Below are positions 1 through 11,291 of a stretch of 64,000 bases of DNA, in pieces; the stretch's first letter is position 1, and each line of letters starts with the position of its first letter. Both the position numbers and the translations under genes were made by a program. The DNA comes from Babesia bigemina (lineage: Eukaryota), in assembly GCF_000981445.1 (NCBI RefSeq), contig NC_027219.1, positions 434,001 to 498,000 on the forward strand, in the 5' to 3' direction. The notes below the pieces were generated by a model. The model had not been told where the DNA came from and did not search any database. It worked only from the letters and a program-made list of their open reading frames with translations.

Positions 1-124
1 ATACAACCTAGTTCCATGTTTACTATGTGGTGTCTAGGGTCCACACAATAGATGAACATACACCAGTGAATGTGATGTTACAACGGATAGCCATTATTTG
101 ACGCGTCTGTAATCTCAATGCAGG

Positions 125-2222
125 ATGTCATCATGTCATAGTGGGGATAACAAGCTCCATTCGTCTCACGGGGTAACTGGAATTCACGTCACTGATATAA
201 TGGACGTAACTAAGTCCAGTGACACAGAGAGCACATGCACGAACCCAGACCTGGTTCAGAGATATGCCGAACAGCTATTTACACTGGACAAAAAGCCGGA
301 ATCGTTGTACGAGTGCCCCACTTCCGCGTGTTCAATTGCATCCGTCGGCGCCCAGCAAGATGCGTACGGCACCCTGAACTCAGCAATATTCAATACCCAG
401 AGTCTCGATAGCTCGGATGAAGAGCCTCCAGTAGCCCCGGAACCGTACTACTCTAAGGAAACGCCTTCCATTGAAAGAGCTACTAATCTGACAACACCAT
501 CTAAGGAAATAGGATCTCCAGTATTCACTTATCAACAGGCAGTGGGAGGTTATTTCGCCGGTTCGCCTGGAACTCTTTTGGTGGGCTCAGGGACACTGTC
601 TGAAAGGCCGAAGAATTTCATAGCGGAATCAACGATGGGTGATGCGACGCCACTCAGGCAAGACATTACGGAGCCTGCAACAGTAGTTATGACGCCATGT
701 TCGTCACCATATGGGGCTGTAGGAGCAACTATATTAAGTCCAAATGTATCGGAGAGAAACATAGGGACCGAATCGCCCCTCGCAAGGGAGTGTCACACGC
801 CAATGGGCGTACAACAAGGCACTCCCCTGTCGCGTATTAGTGCGTCAACATCCCCAGCCGTAAAGGATTATTCGCGTGCTGTGGAATGTAGCAATAACTC
901 CGAAACATCGTTTGTACACGAGGGTTACGACACTGTACAGATACCCAGATATCGGCCCGTGGAAGTTGTAGACAAGGTCGTGGAGGTGCCAGTTGTACAT
1001 CATGTAGATACGTATGTGCCCAAAAAAGAAATTCAAGAAATTGAAAGTTTCGTGAAGAAGCCGTACACCAAATACGTTGACAAATTCATAGAGGTGCCTG
1101 AGGTGCATTACAGCGATAGGATAGTAGAGGTGCCCGAGTACCACGAAATAACTAAAACAGTTACCAAAGTAGAAGTACAGGAACGTATCAAGTATGTGCC
1201 CAAGGTAGAAGTGAAAGTCGTGCCCAAGTATGTGGAAGTCCCTGTTATAAAGATTGTCGATCGATACGAGGAATACGAAGAGGTAAGCTTAAGTCAACAT
1301 CTTAACACAGTTTTCAGGTGGAGGAAGTTATCAAGGAGGTTGAAAAGGTCGAAATCGTCGATGTTCCGAGGGAGGTTGTGAAGCACGTAGTAAAACCGGT
1401 GAAGAAAATCATAGAGCAGGAACGCATAATACCTGTAAATAAGGTAAGACAAAATGTCTCATGTTCACATGTCGTCTTCAGCATCGCGACGTACCTGTGG
1501 AAAAGGTTAAATTTGTCCCTAAAATCGAAACAGTCGAAGTCATCAGGGAGGTGCCCAAAATTATCGACGTTCCAGTGCCTTACAATGTCCACAAAATCGA
1601 ATATGTAGATAAGCCGTATATCGTTCCGGAATACCGCGATGTCCAAGTAGGGGTTCCAGTCAGAAAGAGGGTGACGCCAATATACCGCTACGAAGGAGAA
1701 CCTGAAATCATTGACCTACCGGTGCACAAGCCCTACTTCGTTATACACGATCATATTACTTTCAAACCGGCTGCACAGCCAATTTCAGAAAAAATCAAAG
1801 TCGTGGGATCCCGTCCCATCGACCTGAATACGCTAACTACAGAGGATAGAGTAGATGCGCAAGAACGGATGCACAACGCAGTCAATCAGAGGCCATTAGA
1901 GCCTCACGATGAACGTCAAGAGATGCATCATCTGAGCACGCAACTTCCTATGGACATCCCAAACGCTCGACAATTAGACCAATATGGTACGCAGCCCAGA
2001 CATGTACAAATTGGAACGCCGATTTCTCATGAGAAGCCGGTTCACAAACCACAATTTGGCGCTCCTGAGATGCTTTCAAGCAATAGTAATAAGTCAAGTG
2101 TACCAATGGAAACCATCATTTATATGAGGTCCCCAAAAGGACGCTTATCGCCTATGTCGGATGGCGGAGCGATTGATGTTTATCCCCATTCTAACAATAA
2201 CACACCCAGAATGGCCAACTAA
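125..2222 (+). CDS. Inner membrane complex (alveolin/IMC1-family) protein, 3 exons
   Basis: V/E/K/P-rich alveolin repeats (VVEVPVV, KIVEVPE, EKVKFVPK). GT-AG introns at 1283-1317 and 1444-1481 join ORFs 125..1381, 1318..1608 and 1461..2222 in frame. Confidence 0.85.
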
Positions 2223-2936
2223 GCACATAAGTTCTTATAATTTCGTTAGCATGCCTGAGCCAATGTAGCAGACGTGCTCAGATTTGCATGCGCAACATGT
2301 CATTTGCTCTGCGTTACCGTTTCAGTACATTGCCGGCAAAGGCTCCCATGAACCGTCATGTTTTGAACGGTTCGTTCTACCGGTATCGCTAGTTAACTGG
2401 ACATCGTACGGACTCAGGACGGCGAGAACCTTCTTAGCATGCGTGGATAACTGTTTTCTTCGCACTCCTAACTGGGCGATGCCTGTACGCTACTTTTAGT
2501 CAATTTTTCATGTGTCTGAGTGTGCTGTGCGGCCACTTTTTGCCTGCGGCTGATGCTGCCCCTAACTGAAGTCCCATTCCCTGCACTCCATTTCAGTAAC
2601 TGGTATCGTACTAAGCAACTCCGAACAGCACTGACATCTTCCACCCGAAACAACCTACAATTGGAAAACTTGATGCATAAACATCAGACTTTGTCGTACG
2701 TATCGTAGACGATATTGAATACGTACCACATTGAAACAATACGTCGCATTGCAGCAATAACGCACACAAATAGACGCACAGAACAGTAATTCGCTAAAGT
2801 TTACGGCGACAAGTTGGTAAACGAAAACAGTATACATCGAATTACAGATAAGGCGTCGGTATCGGAGATATTTCGTGAGAGTTTCAATGATGACAAGTAC
2901 GCGGCATCCAGGCTTATTTCATTATTGTTTGTTTGC

Positions 2937-3896
2937 TTACGAAGAGTCTTCACCTTCAGATTCCTCACCTTCAGATGCTTCACCTTCAGATGCTTCACCC
3001 TCAGGTTCTTCACCCTCAGGTTCTTCACCCTCAGGTTCTTCACCCTCAGGTTCTTCACCCACACGTCCTTCACCTTCTACAGAATCCGCAGGTGCTACAT
3101 CTCTTAAAGATTTTGAATTTGCTGCATTCTTATCTCCATAGAAAGCCCAAAATCCGCCGAGGTCGTAAAGTGTTGTAAATATGTCGACCTCCATAAGATT
3201 AAACGCCTTACGGACATCTGACGCACCTATGCCAGCGGGGCACACCGGCTCTCCGTAACCTACGGCTTTCAACATATCTAATAAACGTCTCTTCGAGTTA
3301 AATGGTGGAATCTTCTTGGCTGCAAAAAAGCTCACATCCCACAAAGAACGCAAGCCTGTGTACAGCATTGGCGCAACACCCACGAGGATCACTGCACAAG
3401 CTTCCGGATCTTTTGCGCATGATTTAGCCCACGTCGCATCAGAACCGTAAGCAGACGTATAATGGTCAGGGTCTTTCATCTCATTTAAGAATTTATCGCA
3501 GCTGTCCACAACTTGTGCTAACTTATCTGACATGGCTTGACGGTCGAAACCATGGTTCTGTACGACATTCGCATAATCGCTTTCGGCTATAATTCCAAAC
3601 CACTTCTCTAACAGGCTGGGGGCCTTACCCATAGGTTTGTTGAACCTTTTCAGCAATCTTTCCACGCACCAATGGTACTTAAGCTCCGGTTTCTCCATGA
3701 ACTCCTTGGAAATTTGTTTGACTGCCTCGAGACCTGGGACCTCCGTATACCCAACTGGCTTGTCTGCAAGTAATTTGTGAATTGCGGCGCCCATAGCTTT
3801 GAGGTTTGCTTCCGCGTCAGTTCCTCTCAGGGCTATCAACCAGTCAATGCCATCCTTGAGGTTGTGAGGAGCCTCAGTCAACGAAGTGTACACCAT
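2937..3896 (-). CDS. Short VESA/ves-related protein (ves2-like) with acidic repeat tail
   Basis: Intact 319-aa ORF. N-terminus MVYTSLTEAPHNLKDGIDWL resembles the ves-family 'SLT..P.NLK..IDWL' start. Also has CAKDPEACA and LYDLGGFWAFY motifs and an (EGEEP)n tail. Confidence 0.75.
   Translation of the reverse strand: MVYTSLTEAPHNLKDGIDWLIALRGTDAEANLKAMGAAIHKLLADKPVGYTEVPGLEAVKQISKEFMEKPELKYHWCVERLLKRFNKPMGKAPSLLEKWFGIIAESDYANVVQNHGFDRQAMSDKLAQVVDSCDKFLNEMKDPDHYTSAYGSDATWAKSCAKDPEACAVILVGVAPMLYTGLRSLWDVSFFAAKKIPPFNSKRRLLDMLKAVGYGEPVCPAGIGASDVRKAFNLMEVDIFTTLYDLGGFWAFYGDKNAANSKSLRDVAPADSVEGEGRVGEEPEGEEPEGEEPEGEEPEGEASEGEASEGEESEGEDSS
2947..3076. repeat. 15-bp coding tandem repeat (about 9 degenerate units, TTCTTCACCCTCAGG-like) encoding EGEEP/EGEAS
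   Basis: Directly visible tandem units. All frames read as 5-aa repeats. Confidence 0.95.
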
Positions 3897-5245
3897 TTTG
3901 AATAGATTTGTTAAATGACGCAGCTAATATACACGTTTTTTATCCCTGTCTATTTCCAGGCCAGTTTACAAAACTGCTCTGTCTTAACGGCATGTCAATA
4001 CAAGCACCGCTGCCTTCTAACGGATAAACTCCTTGTCTAATTATGTAAATTATACGACACTTGAGACAGGAATATTCGGAGTGTAATAGCAATCAGATGG
4101 CGCGTGGAAACTAGCTACACGGAAGTACCGTAACATGCAACCGACATCGCGAGCCACTGGCATATTCAAGTTTAGGGTGAAATATGACGCATAGATGCTA
4201 CAGATTTTCGCTGCATTATTTAACCACGCTAATACGTTAAAATTCCGCCGATATGTTGCTCAGAATGTCCTTCAAACCCTGGGCGTGCCGTGCTACCCTG
4301 TAGTCAACACCGCTGCCACCGGAAGAACGCAAACATTACTTACACTGTCTGCCGCTATTAACGAGATGCTTTGCAACTTTAAGAGGTTGCGGCATGTCTA
4401 GTTCAAAATGCTTCTCGGCTAATGAAAACTTCACGTTGTGATGCAAGCCGGCACATTCCTTACGAAACAAATTCCTTCGGCTGCAACCATACTGAAAACC
4501 ACTGTGTTTTCTATGACGATGTTGTATATAAATGTCTACCTACGATACGTAGGGTCTTTGAAGTAATTTGGTGGTTTGTGCATCGATTGTACGGATTCGA
4601 TCTGCAAATGTTTAGTGTCACATGTTGCAACTCGAACGTCGAGTGCCAGACGGCCTGTGTGAATCCGGAACCTTGCCGGCGGCGTGAACGTCGGGATTCC
4701 TGAGCTGCGGTCTACCGCATTCCCATGTTGCGTTTAATCATGTCAATGTGTGCAGATTTGATTTCCGATGGAAGGTGATTCCGCCACCTTCTCACCGCAT
4801 TCATCTGCCACTCTGGTAATGTAATAGTAACTGTCTGTGCGCGCTACGGTGCGGGATTAAGGTGCAGAAATGTCACATGGATTCGCCAGCAGACACGAAA
4901 TATTACATCATACAAATACTCTAAAAATCACTCGCATTTCGTGAATTCACCTGGCGGATGACCCTACACCGCCAATTTGCCAACTGGGTGTCGCTCCTGT
5001 GTTACCATTGGCCTACACCGATGAATGACAACTAAGTCGCTGCAACACTAAATGAATATGTGAAATGGCATTGTGGATAATGTTGCTGGCTATACCTGGT
5101 CTGCGGCCGAATTAATCTTTGTTCCAGAGTGCATACTGCGTGATGTAGCTGTCTCGATTGGGTCGGGTGTTGATATCATCGGGATATTGCAGCATACGGT
5201 AGGTGTGAGATGCGTGATCTACGCCATCTAGTTGCTGTAGTGGTC

Positions 5246-5644
5246 ACAGACCCCTACATGCAAGGCTGCGGTGTAACGTACTAATCGGATGAGTTGTTCA
5301 AGCCTGAAACACCCAAACTCTACAATGCGGAAGGGCGAGAAATTGGTTGCAAAATCGACATTCAGATCGCTAAAGAAGCCACTTGCTACTGCCCAACGCC
5401 TTACATTCTCGACCCACCTGACTGCTTCAACCAAGTGTTAGTGGAGGGTGAGGTGAAGAACCTAAGCGACATCAGTAAGTCTTTAGTAGCATCACATTCC
5501 AATCACTTCGTTACCTTGCGGTTAGACAGTGAACTCATTGGACCGGGGGAGACACTGCGCCAGACCCCGCCGTTGTAGTGCCAGTTCGTCACGACCAGGG
5601 GCATCGTCCTAGCCACCATACAGATTAAAAACTACTACGCCTAG
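5246..5644 (+). pseudogene. Pseudogene fragment of a 6-Cys (s48/45-like domain) family gene, C-terminal domain
   Basis: One frame reads TDPYMQGCGVTY*SDELFKPETPKLY...GCKIDI...CYCPTPYILDPPDCFNQV...QTPPL*CQFVTTRGIVLATIQIKNYYA*. The Cys spacing is s48/45-like, with in-frame stops at 5282-5284 and 5576-5578. Confidence 0.65.
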
Positions 5645-6857
5645 TAATGAGTAGCTCAGAATTGGTAACCCATCTGACAATGAACCACGATAATTGTCAT
5701 AATTCGTGTCGGTCTGATTCTGTGGCGGCATGGTTCTAGCGTAGAATTTGATAATTGTAATTGCCAGTCTAACGACATATTCTTGTGTTGTCGTAGCTTT
5801 TTGTAACTATTGTAAAATGGCCTTGGGCCCGGTGAAGACCGTGGTGCGGAATTACTTGTCACAACCACTTAGCTGGGCACTGTTTACTGCAGGCATGAGG
5901 AAGATGCAACTTGGAGATTTGCATCGCTGATCGCAATTTGACGCCTTGGCAATGCCCCTAACACGCGACAAAGAGCAATACGTGGTACCTAGAATGGGAC
6001 TTCACTGAGGTCCCCAATTTGGGCGAGCAACTACTGCGGCAATGCCTGAGCACCTTGGTCAACCGGTGGGAGTATAAGGAGGGATTAATTAGTTTGTTTA
6101 TCAAACGTTAAGAAAGCACTAGATGAGATGCCAACTAATGCCGCAGTGAAACATTCTAAACATTGAGATCTGAATTGCATTAATGCACATAGCTTACTTG
6201 TTGATGGGTTGGGTGAGAGTAGTAGGAAATGACTTACAATGGGGCATTAAGTGCCAGGAAAGTGGCTGAGATTTGGGAAGTGCGGTGAGCGGCGAAATTA
6301 AGTGGAATACTTCTGAGAAGGCTCAGCTCGATAGGGATTCTAAAATCATTTGTTTTGAGATGTCAAGAGTTCTCAATATGTGGTCCATGCCGAGATCATG
6401 GCGCTCCAGAAAATGAGTCCATTGCAAGGAATTATGTTCTAAATGATAGATTTAGGCGGTCAATTAAACTTAGAAGTGCCATGTACATTATGGCACAATG
6501 ATATGCTCTTATAATGGCAAAGGGTATATACAACTCATGTACATAGGTAAAAACACAGGAACTTCCCTATGCAACCCATATGCGCTATTATCATGCAAGC
6601 GCACACCATAAGCAATTAAAATTTAGATTGCTAGGTTAATAGACAGTTATTAATAACATGAACACGGTTAGGTGCCTTTGTAAGTGTAGTCATACATGCT
6701 ATACAAAGCATATTTTCATGTTTATAAAGGATGCAGCCTGTGTATAGCCATTTTAAATTTTTGCGTTCCGATTCTTCTATCATATTAATCCGAGTCCACC
6801 TTCGCCATTTTTGCGTCAATATGGCTATATCTATTGTCAATATCATGAGCGAGAAAC

Positions 6858-9800
6858 TCATTTTGAAGTATATCTATAATATGCAGTCGATCCGACAGCA
6901 ATCAGAAGACAAACGCCAAATACTCCTCCAGCCACCTTAATACCATTTGAAATGCCATGCCTGGAGAATTCATCGTCATCCTCAGATTCTGTAATCCATT
7001 CCTCCCTATATGGTAATGACTCATATTCTGTAGCACTAGCACTTTTTATAGCATCCACATGTCTCAAATTTACGTAACCTTTACTTGAGTCTACCACATT
7101 TGTAGTTGTGAAAATTGGCTCCACATTTTTTTCTGTAACTAAATCATCCGCATAATGATTTGTTGTTTGCCTATCACTTGCTCCAGTTCCTGGGTGACCA
7201 TTGGGTTGATGCCCTGTAGGAGTTGGTTGCATGGGTGGTACCGCGGCAGTTCCTGGGTGACCAGCCGGTTGATGGCCTGTAAGGGTTGGTTGATTGGGTT
7301 GTACCGCGGCAGTTCCCGGTTGCCCACCTGGTTGATGACCTGTGTTGGTGGGTTGCGTGTGTGGTACTGGCACAGTTCCTGGGTGACCATTGGGTTGATG
7401 CCCTGTAGGGGTTGGTTGCGTGTGTGGTACTGGCCCAGTTCCTGGGTGACCATTGGGTTGATGGCCTGTAAGGGTTGGTTGATTGGGTTGTACTGGCCCA
7501 GTTCCTGGGTGACCATTGGGTTGATGGCCTGTAAGGGTTGGTTGATTGGGTTGTACCGCGGCAGTTCCTGATTGCCCACCTGGTTGATGCCCTGTAGGGG
7601 TTGGTTGCGTGTGTGGTACTGGCCCAGTTCCTGGGTGACCACCCGGTTGATGCCCTGTAGGGGTTGGTTGCGTGTGTGGTACTGGCCCAGTTCCTGGTTG
7701 CCCACCTGGTTGATGCCCTGTAGGGGTTGGTTGATTGGGTTGTACCGCGGCAGTTCCTGGGCGACCAGCCGGTTGATGGCCAGTAGGGGTTTGTTGATGT
7801 GGTGGTAGCTGAGATCCGCTTGGTGCCTGAGATGCATGGGGACCTGCGGATTCGTCATATCGGATAATCAACTCCTTAGGTGGTGGTCCTTTACTTGCGT
7901 CATACTTGAGGTTGATTTGCGCAGGAGGCGGCCCCGCTTTAGGTGAAACAACAATGTTGGCAGTTTTACCAAGCGGCCCCGATTCTGGACTAATATACAC
8001 ATCAGCAGTTGTAGGAGGAGTTGATGTAGATGCCGCACCCCTTTCCACTAATGGCACGTGTGCTTCCCCCGGCCTTTGACCCGCGGCAGTTCCTGGGCGA
8101 CCAGCCGGTTGATGACCTGTGTTGGTGGGTTGATGTGGTGGTACCGCGGCAGTTCCTGATTGCCCACCCGGTTGATGACCTGTAGGAGTTGGTTGCCCAC
8201 CTGGTTGATGCCCTGTAGGGGTTGGTTGATTGGGTTGTACCGCGGCAGTTCCTGGGCGACCAGCCGGTTGATGGCCAGTAGGGGTTTGTTGATGTGGTGG
8301 TAGCTGAGATCCGCTTGGTGCCTGAGATGCATGGGGACCTGCGGATTCGTCATATCGGATAATCAACTCCTTAGGTGGTGGTCCTTTACTTGCGTCATAC
8401 TTGAGGTTGATTTGCGCAGGAGGCGGCCCCGCTTTAGGTGAAACAACAATGTTGGCAGTTTTACCAAGCGGCCCCGATTCTGGACTAATATACACATCAG
8501 CAGTTGTAGGAGGAGTTGATGTAGATGCCGCACCCCTTTCCACTAATGGCACGTGTGCTTCCCCCGGCCTTTGACCCGCTCCAGTTCCTAGGTGACCACC
8601 TGGTTGATGCCCTGTAGGGGTTGGTTGCGTGTGTGGTACTGGCCCAGTTCCTAGGTGACCACCTGGTTGATGACCTGTGTTGGTGGGTTGATGTGGTGGT
8701 ACCGCGGCAGTTCCTGATTGCCCACCTGGTTGATGCCCTGTAGGGGTTGGTTGCGTGTGTGGTACTGGCCCAGTTCCTGGGTGACCACCCGGTTGATGCC
8801 CTGTAGGGGTTGGTTGCGTGTGTGGTACTGGCCCAGTTCCTGATTGCCCACCCGGTTGATGACCTGTAGGGGTTGGTTGCGTGTGTGGTACTGGCCCAGT
8901 TCCTGGTTGCCCACCTGGTTGATGCCCTGTAGGGGTTGGTTGCGTGTGTGGTACTGGCCCAGTTCCTGGTTGCCCACCTGGTTGATGGCCTGTAAGGGTT
9001 GGTTGATTGGGTTGTACCGCGGCAGTTCCTGGGCGACCAGCCGGTTGATGGCCAGTAGGGGTTTGTTGATGTGGTGGTAGCTGAGATCCGCTTGGTGCCT
9101 GAGATGCATGGGGACCTGCGGATTCGTCATATCGGATAATCAACTCCTTAGGTGGTGGTCCTTTACTTGCGTCATACTTGAGGTTGATTTGCGCAGGAGG
9201 CGGCCCCGCTTTAGGTGAAACAACAATGTTGGCAGTTTTACCAAGCGGCCCCGATTCTGGACTAATATACACATCAGCAGTTGTAGGAGGAGTTGATGTA
9301 GATGCCGCACCCCTTTCCACTAATGGCACGTGTGCTTCCCCCGGCCTTTGACCCGCGGCAGTTCCTGGGCGACCAGCCGGTTGATGACCTGTGTTGGTGG
9401 GTTGATGTGGTGGTACCGCGGCAGTTCCTGATTGCCCACCCGGTTGATGACCTGTAGGAGTTGGTTGCGTGTGTGGTACTGGCCCAGTTCCTGGTTGCCC
9501 ACCTGGTTGATGGCCTGTAAGGGTTGGTTGATTGGGTTGTACCGCGGCAGTTCCTGGGCGACCAGCCGGTTGATGACCTGTGTTGGTGGGTTGATGTGGT
9601 GGTACCGCGGCAGTTCCTGATTGCCCACCCGGTTGATGACCTGTAGGAGTTGGTTGATTGGGTTGTACCGCGGCAGTTCCTGGGCGACCAGCCGGTTGAT
9701 GGCCAGTAGGGGTTTGTTGATGTGGTGGTAGCTGAGATCCGCTTGGTGCCTGAGATGCATGGGGACCTGCGGATTCGTCATATCGGATAATCAACTCCTT

Positions 9801-11291
9801 AGGTGGTGGTCCTTTACTTGCGTCATACTTGAGGTTGATTTGCGCAGGAGGCGGCCCCGCTTTAGGTGAAACAACAATGTTGGCAGTTTTACCAAGCGGC
9901 CCCGATTCTGGACTAATATACACATCAGCAGTTGTAGGAGGAGTTGATGTAGATGCCGCACCCCTTTCCACTAATGGCACGTGTGCTTCCCCCGGCCTTT
10001 GACCCGCGGCAGTTCCTGGGCGACCAGCCGGTTGATGACCTGTGTTGGTGGGTTGATGTGGTTGTACCGCGGCAGTTCCTGGGCGACCAGCCGGTTGATG
10101 ACCTGTAGGAGTTGGTTGCGTGTGTGGTACTGGCCCAGTTCCTAGGTGACCACCTGGTTTATGCCCTGTAGGGGTTGGTTGATGTGGTGTTTGGCTTTGA
10201 TATATACGCTGTGCATTTATATCTTGTGGCTTGTGGTGTTGTATATTCATTTCTACCTTTCTAGGTCTGTTGTGTGTAGTTGGATGTTGCATATGCTCTG
10301 CAGGTGACTGATGAATTGGTGCTGTTGCCGTTCTATTTTGAATTTGAGGGTAATGTTCATCTCGTTGTCTTGGATGGTTAGGTTGTAAATTATCACGGGT
10401 TTGTATGAATACCGGCGCGCCATTTTTTTCTAATTCTCTATCTAGCATCTTTGTTGTTTGGGATGATTGATTTTCGTTTAGCCATGATCTCATGGTTGTT
10501 TGTGCATCTTCTGCCGTGAATCTTTCGTGATACAACTTGCTTAGATAATCATAAGTTCTTACAGGGGTTTTAATCGTTCTATTTTTCATAGTAATGGTCG
10601 ATAATTGAAAATTGATGGGATCAATATGTATTACCTCTTGTTCTAAAGATTGACCATTCCCCAAATCTATTTTCTCCGACGTCTCGTTGCATGGATTATG
10701 CATCGTATTTTCAACTATATCGGCGCCTCTCATTACATTTGCTTCTAAAGTATTCATTATCTGACCATTCTGTGTGAAGTTGGCTCCATTATCTCTGATA
10801 TTGTTACACAATTCTGTGTTACACGCACTGCTTACTGTGTCAATAGAATTGCACCGTCTTCCTTTATTGCCCATTCCTTCATAGTAACGCACATCCTGAT
10901 CTAACGTTATCGCATGTGGCTGTATTTTACCAATATTACAAACGCTCCTGGTATCCTCACATTGGTTGCTTTGCCTAATGTACACCGTATCGCTTCCGTC
11001 TTTTTTCTCCAACTTGCTGACGCCATCTTCACCATATGCGGAGATTGCGAGCTCCACAAATATTGAGTCCTCGTAAAAGCGTTCTGTGGCGACACTATCG
11101 TTAATTGAAAGCAGTTGGCGCCTGGATGGATAACGTGTGCTATTTCGTGTGCTCCATCCAACAACATTTTGGTTGGTTTCACGCGGCAATGCATTTGACA
11201 AATGCCAATCATGATAGTTTCGTGACACAAACAGTCCCGATGGTGGATTGGAATGTATATAGCCCCTACAGTCTGTAAATCTTATAAACAT
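6858..11291 (-). CDS. Large Pro/Gly/Thr/Gln/His-rich repeat protein with C-terminal transmembrane segment (putative surface or exported antigen)
   Basis: Uninterrupted 1477-aa ORF with a frame-preserving repeat array. C-terminal VAGGVFGVCLLIAVGSTAYY is followed by a short RYTSK tail. The true 5' end (possible upstream exon or signal peptide) is not resolved. Confidence 0.8.
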   Translation of the reverse strand: MFIRFTDCRGYIHSNPPSGLFVSRNYHDWHLSNALPRETNQNVVGWSTRNSTRYPSRRQLLSINDSVATERFYEDSIFVELAISAYGEDGVSKLEKKDGSDTVYIRQSNQCEDTRSVCNIGKIQPHAITLDQDVRYYEGMGNKGRRCNSIDTVSSACNTELCNNIRDNGANFTQNGQIMNTLEANVMRGADIVENTMHNPCNETSEKIDLGNGQSLEQEVIHIDPINFQLSTITMKNRTIKTPVRTYDYLSKLYHERFTAEDAQTTMRSWLNENQSSQTTKMLDRELEKNGAPVFIQTRDNLQPNHPRQRDEHYPQIQNRTATAPIHQSPAEHMQHPTTHNRPRKVEMNIQHHKPQDINAQRIYQSQTPHQPTPTGHKPGGHLGTGPVPHTQPTPTGHQPAGRPGTAAVQPHQPTNTGHQPAGRPGTAAGQRPGEAHVPLVERGAASTSTPPTTADVYISPESGPLGKTANIVVSPKAGPPPAQINLKYDASKGPPPKELIIRYDESAGPHASQAPSGSQLPPHQQTPTGHQPAGRPGTAAVQPNQPTPTGHQPGGQSGTAAVPPHQPTNTGHQPAGRPGTAAVQPNQPTLTGHQPGGQPGTGPVPHTQPTPTGHQPGGQSGTAAVPPHQPTNTGHQPAGRPGTAAGQRPGEAHVPLVERGAASTSTPPTTADVYISPESGPLGKTANIVVSPKAGPPPAQINLKYDASKGPPPKELIIRYDESAGPHASQAPSGSQLPPHQQTPTGHQPAGRPGTAAVQPNQPTLTGHQPGGQPGTGPVPHTQPTPTGHQPGGQPGTGPVPHTQPTPTGHQPGGQSGTGPVPHTQPTPTGHQPGGHPGTGPVPHTQPTPTGHQPGGQSGTAAVPPHQPTNTGHQPGGHLGTGPVPHTQPTPTGHQPGGHLGTGAGQRPGEAHVPLVERGAASTSTPPTTADVYISPESGPLGKTANIVVSPKAGPPPAQINLKYDASKGPPPKELIIRYDESAGPHASQAPSGSQLPPHQQTPTGHQPAGRPGTAAVQPNQPTPTGHQPGGQPTPTGHQPGGQSGTAAVPPHQPTNTGHQPAGRPGTAAGQRPGEAHVPLVERGAASTSTPPTTADVYISPESGPLGKTANIVVSPKAGPPPAQINLKYDASKGPPPKELIIRYDESAGPHASQAPSGSQLPPHQQTPTGHQPAGRPGTAAVQPNQPTPTGHQPGGQPGTGPVPHTQPTPTGHQPGGHPGTGPVPHTQPTPTGHQPGGQSGTAAVQPNQPTLTGHQPNGHPGTGPVQPNQPTLTGHQPNGHPGTGPVPHTQPTPTGHQPNGHPGTVPVPHTQPTNTGHQPGGQPGTAAVQPNQPTLTGHQPAGHPGTAAVPPMQPTPTGHQPNGHPGTGASDRQTTNHYADDLVTEKNVEPIFTTTNVVDSSKGYVNLRHVDAIKSASATEYESLPYREEWITESEDDDEFSRHGISNGIKVAGGVFGVCLLIAVGSTAYYRYTSK
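7186..10185. repeat. Hierarchical coding repeat: mosaic ~60-bp (20-aa) units interleaved with four 277-bp modules
   Basis: Modules at 7806-8082, 8301-8577, 9078-9354 and 9729-10005 translate identically. The spacers are PTGHQPGGQPGTGPVPHTQP-type units. Confidence 0.95.

Noticed and set aside
2801..3178. Overlapping ORFs (KNLRV)n, (FFTLR)n, (SSPSG)n and (QVLHP)n
   Set aside because: Alternative readings of the same 15-bp repeat at the end of the ves-like gene.
7139..10185. CRISPR-like or mobile-element interpretation of the repeat array, and its alternative-frame ORFs
   Set aside because: Eukaryotic context, no unique spacers and no cas or transposase genes. The units are frame-preserving coding repeats, and the other frames are by-products.
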